DNA from: an uncultured Lacihabitans sp.
Lineage (GTDB): Bacteria > Bacteroidota > Bacteroidia > Cytophagales > Spirosomataceae
Assembly: GCA_964489955.1 (NCBI GenBank)
Contig: CAZBAV010000006.1
Span: 42,848 to 106,847 of the forward strand
Reading direction: 5' to 3'
Length of the DNA stretch: 64,000 nt
In this document: positions 61,048 to 64,000 of the stretch, in pieces
How the letters are laid out: the number at the start of each line of letters is the position of its first letter
Numbering within the stretch: position 1 is the first letter of the stretch
Notes under the pieces: model-generated
Told to the model about the DNA's origin: nothing
The model's database searches: none
Seen by the model: the letters and a program-made list of their open reading frames with translations, nothing else
Made by a program: the position numbers and the translations under genes

Positions 61048-62631
61048 ATGTTTATTATCAATAACTTAGGATACCAACATCCTAACAAGGATGTATTGTT
61101 TTCAGGTATCCACATTACATTACAAAAATACGATAAGGCCTCACTCATTGGTAATAATGGGGTGGGGAAATCCACGCTCCTCAGGGTTTTGGCGGGAGAG
61201 CTGCCGTCTTCAGAAGGGAGCGTAGATATAAATTGTACTACATATTATGTCCCGCAGATTTTCGGACAGTATAATCATCTAACAATTAGTCAAGTATGGG
61301 GCATTGATAAGAAATTGGCATCACTGAAAGCCATTTTAGAAGGAAGTGTTTCTGAGGAAGATTTTGAAATTCTAAACGAAGACTGGGAAATTGAGGAGCG
61401 ATGCCAAACCATTTTAAAGCGTTGGACTTTACCTTCTTTATTTACACCTTTAGCTGAGCTAAGTGGAGGCCAGAAAATGAAAGTTTTCTTAGGAGGAATT
61501 GAGTTACACGAGCCAGAGATGGTTTTAATGGATGAACCTACCAATCATTTGGACACTACTTCACGCCAGTTTGTTTATGATTGGCTAACCCACACCCAAT
61601 GTACTGTGCTAGTGGTAAGCCATGATAGAAAACTGCTAAATCTGGTGGATAAAACTATGGAAATGACCAAAATAGGGATGAATGCTTACGGAGGTGATTT
61701 TGATTTTTATTCTGAGCAAAAGGAGAGAGAGGTAGAGGCTTTAAACAATGAAATACACAGTGCAGAAAAAGCATTGAGGAAAGCAAAGGAAAAGGAGAGA
61801 GAAACCAAGGAAAGGCAACAGAAGCTAGATGCCCGCGGACAAAAGAAGCAAGCAAAAGCCGGGATGCCCAGAATTTTGATGGGAATGATGCAGAACAAGG
61901 CTGAAAGTACAGCATCGGTATTGAAAAAGGTGCATAACGAAAAAGTGGGAGCCCTGTCAGATGAGATTGTAGGTTTACGTACGAAGGTGGCAGATAAAGA
62001 AAAGATGGCTTTGAAGTTCGCAGAAGCGGGTTTACATAAAGGTAAAGTCCTTTTTAAAGCGGAAGGAGTGAATTTTGCTTATGAAAATGCACATTTTTTA
62101 TGGAATGAAACTCTGGAGATAGAAATAAGGAGTGGGGAAAGAGTAGCCATAAAAGGTGGAAACGGCTCCGGGAAAAGCACATTGTTACAGATAATGCTTG
62201 GGCAGCTTAAGCCTACTATTGGCCAAGTCTCTTTAGCGGCCAGGGATATACTTTATCTAGATCAAGATTGTAGTATATTAAATCCAGAATTTAGTGTTTA
62301 TGAGCAGGTGTCGGTATTCTGCAGAAATCTATTGCCAGAGCATGAGGTGAAAATGGGATTAGACCGTTTTTTGTTTGGTAAAGAAGATTGGGCTAAAAAG
62401 TGCAGCTCATTAAGTGGAGGAGAGCGTATGAGGTTGGTTTTGTGTGGCATGGGTATAGCCAAGGTTTTACCCGAAATGTTGGTGTTGGATGAGCCAAGTA
62501 ATAACCTGGATTTGAAAAATTTAGAAATTTTAACTACCGCACTGAGACAGTTTAAAGGTACACTTTTGGTTGTGTCACACGATGAAACTTTTTTGGAAGA
62601 AATTGGTATTAGCCGCGAAATTTGTTTGTAG
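61048..62631 (+). CDS. ABC-F family ATPase (shorter type, long charged inter-domain linker)
   Basis: 527 aa with no TM domain. Has Walker A GNNGVGKST and GGNGSGKST, signatures LSGGQKMK and LSGGERMR, and a Lys/Glu/Gln-rich linker (EKALRKAKEKERETKERQQKLDARGQKKQAKAGMP..). Confidence 0.9.
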   Translation: MFIINNLGYQHPNKDVLFSGIHITLQKYDKASLIGNNGVGKSTLLRVLAGELPSSEGSVDINCTTYYVPQIFGQYNHLTISQVWGIDKKLASLKAILEGSVSEEDFEILNEDWEIEERCQTILKRWTLPSLFTPLAELSGGQKMKVFLGGIELHEPEMVLMDEPTNHLDTTSRQFVYDWLTHTQCTVLVVSHDRKLLNLVDKTMEMTKIGMNAYGGDFDFYSEQKEREVEALNNEIHSAEKALRKAKEKERETKERQQKLDARGQKKQAKAGMPRILMGMMQNKAESTASVLKKVHNEKVGALSDEIVGLRTKVADKEKMALKFAEAGLHKGKVLFKAEGVNFAYENAHFLWNETLEIEIRSGERVAIKGGNGSGKSTLLQIMLGQLKPTIGQVSLAARDILYLDQDCSILNPEFSVYEQVSVFCRNLLPEHEVKMGLDRFLFGKEDWAKKCSSLSGGERMRLVLCGMGIAKVLPEMLVLDEPSNNLDLKNLEILTTALRQFKGTLLVVSHDETFLEEIGISREICL

Positions 62632-62652
62632 CTTCGGGGAAAATATAAGTAA

Positions 62653-63366
62653 ATGAGGGTAGTCATTTTTTCTTTTATAGTTTTTATTTCCCTTTCACAA
62701 GGCGGTTTTCTTGCACAGCAAAGTACATATGAAAGGGTACAGGCCGCTATAGATGAAAAACAGGTAGTTATTGATGAAATACTGAAAAAAGAAGGTTTGG
62801 AGAAAGATAACTTCAACCTTCTTTTTATGGCCTTTAAAGAGGAAAAAAAGTTGGTGCTTTTTGCCAAAAAGAAAGGGGAGGGGCGTTATAAAGAGCTGGT
62901 TAGATATGATGTCTGTAGCTCATCAGGCGTGCTGGGACCGAAACGTAAAGAAGGCGATTTGCAAGTGCCCGAAGGGTTTTACCATATAGACCGATTTAAT
63001 CCAGTGAGTACATATTACCTGTCTTTGGGGATAAACTATCCTAATCAAGCTGACAAGAAAAAGAGTACGCATGCCCGATTGGGCGGAGATATTTTTATCC
63101 ATGGAGAGTGCGTAACCATTGGCTGTTTACCGATGACAAACGACAAGATAAAAGAGATTTACCTTTTGGCCATACATGCACATAACAACGGTCAAAGTCG
63201 GATTCCCGTCTATATTTTTCCTTTCGAGATGACGGATATAAATATGAAAAAGCATACAGAGCATCCTGATTTTTGGAAGAACCTAAAAAACGGTTACGAT
63301 ACATTCTTTGCTAACCCAAAAGAGCTAACTATAAAGGTTTTGGCTAATGGGGATTATGGGTTCTGA
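62653..63366 (+). CDS. L,D-transpeptidase-catalytic-domain family protein (YkuD_2-like)
   Basis: 237 aa with a signal peptide. Has the catalytic-Cys context GGDIFIHGECVTIGCLPM and EGFYHIDRFNP. Confidence 0.65.
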   Translation: MRVVIFSFIVFISLSQGGFLAQQSTYERVQAAIDEKQVVIDEILKKEGLEKDNFNLLFMAFKEEKKLVLFAKKKGEGRYKELVRYDVCSSSGVLGPKRKEGDLQVPEGFYHIDRFNPVSTYYLSLGINYPNQADKKKSTHARLGGDIFIHGECVTIGCLPMTNDKIKEIYLLAIHAHNNGQSRIPVYIFPFEMTDINMKKHTEHPDFWKNLKNGYDTFFANPKELTIKVLANGDYGF

Positions 63367-63455
63367 GCTACGAGTTTTGAGTTATCAGCTTTCAGATATT
63401 AGCTTCCAGTTATCAGCTTTTAGCTGTGCTTTTCCAAATTTTTAACTTTTAGCTT

Positions 63456-64000
63456 TTAACTTAATAAGTTTTGAATCCAAAACAGGACTTTAGAGGCGTA
63501 TTTAAAAGCTATCTTGTGTTGAGGCTCTATAGAAACACTATTGTTCATTAGGTTTATATCCAACCAGTTTTTGCGGTCCGGGTCAATATACACCGAGGTA
63601 ATTTCCTTCTTGTAAGATATTTTCTTACTTTCTCCATTCCACTTTATTGTTTGGGTTTTGCCGTCGGAAAAAGTAACTAAAACATCTACAGGGATTTTCA
63701 TGTTCTGAAGATTTAGGAGCTGGAAACTGGCTTTGCCATCCTCATTTTTAAGGTTTTGTACGGCATAATCAGAAACCTTGGCTTCTAGAATGGTTTGGCT
63801 AAAGAACCAATTAAGGTTGGGGTAGGCGGTTCGTTTTGCTGCAATTTCGTTGGCTACATCGAAAAAATCTTGTGGTGTTGGATGTTTAAACTGAAATCGG
63901 GCAAAATATGTAGCCAGAATTTCATCCATCACTTTTTGCCCAAGTAGATTTTCGAGTGTTTTGAGTACAGTGGCAGGCTTGGTATAAGTAAGCGTGCCGT
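63456..64000 (-). CDS. C-terminal part of an M1-family (aminopeptidase N-like) metallopeptidase; 5' end lies beyond the window
   Basis: The reading frame stays open upstream of the listed Met to the window edge (..YTKPATVLKTLENLLGQKVMMDEILATYF..). This resembles the post-catalytic region of M1 peptidases. Confidence 0.55.
   Translation of the reverse strand, partial: GTLTYTKPATVLKTLENLLGQKVMDEILATYFARFQFKHPTPQDFFDVANEIAAKRTAYPNLNWFFSQTILEAKVSDYAVQNLKNEDGKASFQLLNLQNMKIPVDVLVTFSDGKTQTIKWNGESKKISYKKEITSVYIDPDRKNWLDINLMNNSVSIEPQHKIAFKYASKVLFWIQNLLS

Overview
AT-rich chromosomal segment that looks like a Bacteroidota genome. Supporting signs are gliding/T9SS markers (gldD-like, DUF4835/porD-like), many lipoprotein-type signal peptides, a TonB-dependent receptor with a carboxypeptidase-regulatory N-domain, and starts without obvious Shine-Dalgarno sequences. 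All calls come from reading the ORF translations and the DNA by eye; no database search or folding program was run, and family names are recollections of motifs. I support about 57 protein-coding genes. Most are housekeeping: pgi, cdsA, coaBC, nuoLMN, metY-metX behind a SAM-I riboswitch, gltA, a peroxiredoxin, two ABC-F ATPases and an ABC/FtsX transporter. A looser accessory stretch at about 32-51 kb holds a cupin, bestrophin-like channel, YceI, a membrane-anchored wHTH regulator, a large polytopic membrane protein, an amidase, MFS, DUF4269, GNAT, a GyrI-like protein and orphan secreted proteins. I see no rRNA, tRNA, CRISPR array, transposase, integrase or phage structural gene. About ten ORF-track entries begin at upstream TTG/GTG codons, and I trimmed them to the first ATG that gives a sensible N-terminus or signal peptide. 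Nothing here is a clear-cut new system. The strongest candidates are: (1) three tandem paralogues of an exported CxxC thioredoxin-fold protein fused to an unassigned ~270-aa domain, divergent from an orphan LytTR regulator (46.9-51.5 kb); (2) an ABC-F gene behind a ~700-nt ORF-poor leader that ends in a terminator-like hairpin 20 nt before the start codon, an attenuator-like layout; (3) a palindromic terminator-like repeat present twice, the second copy apparently split by a ~100-nt insertion; (4) a HerA-like DUF853 ATPase tightly coupled to an NRK-like kinase.
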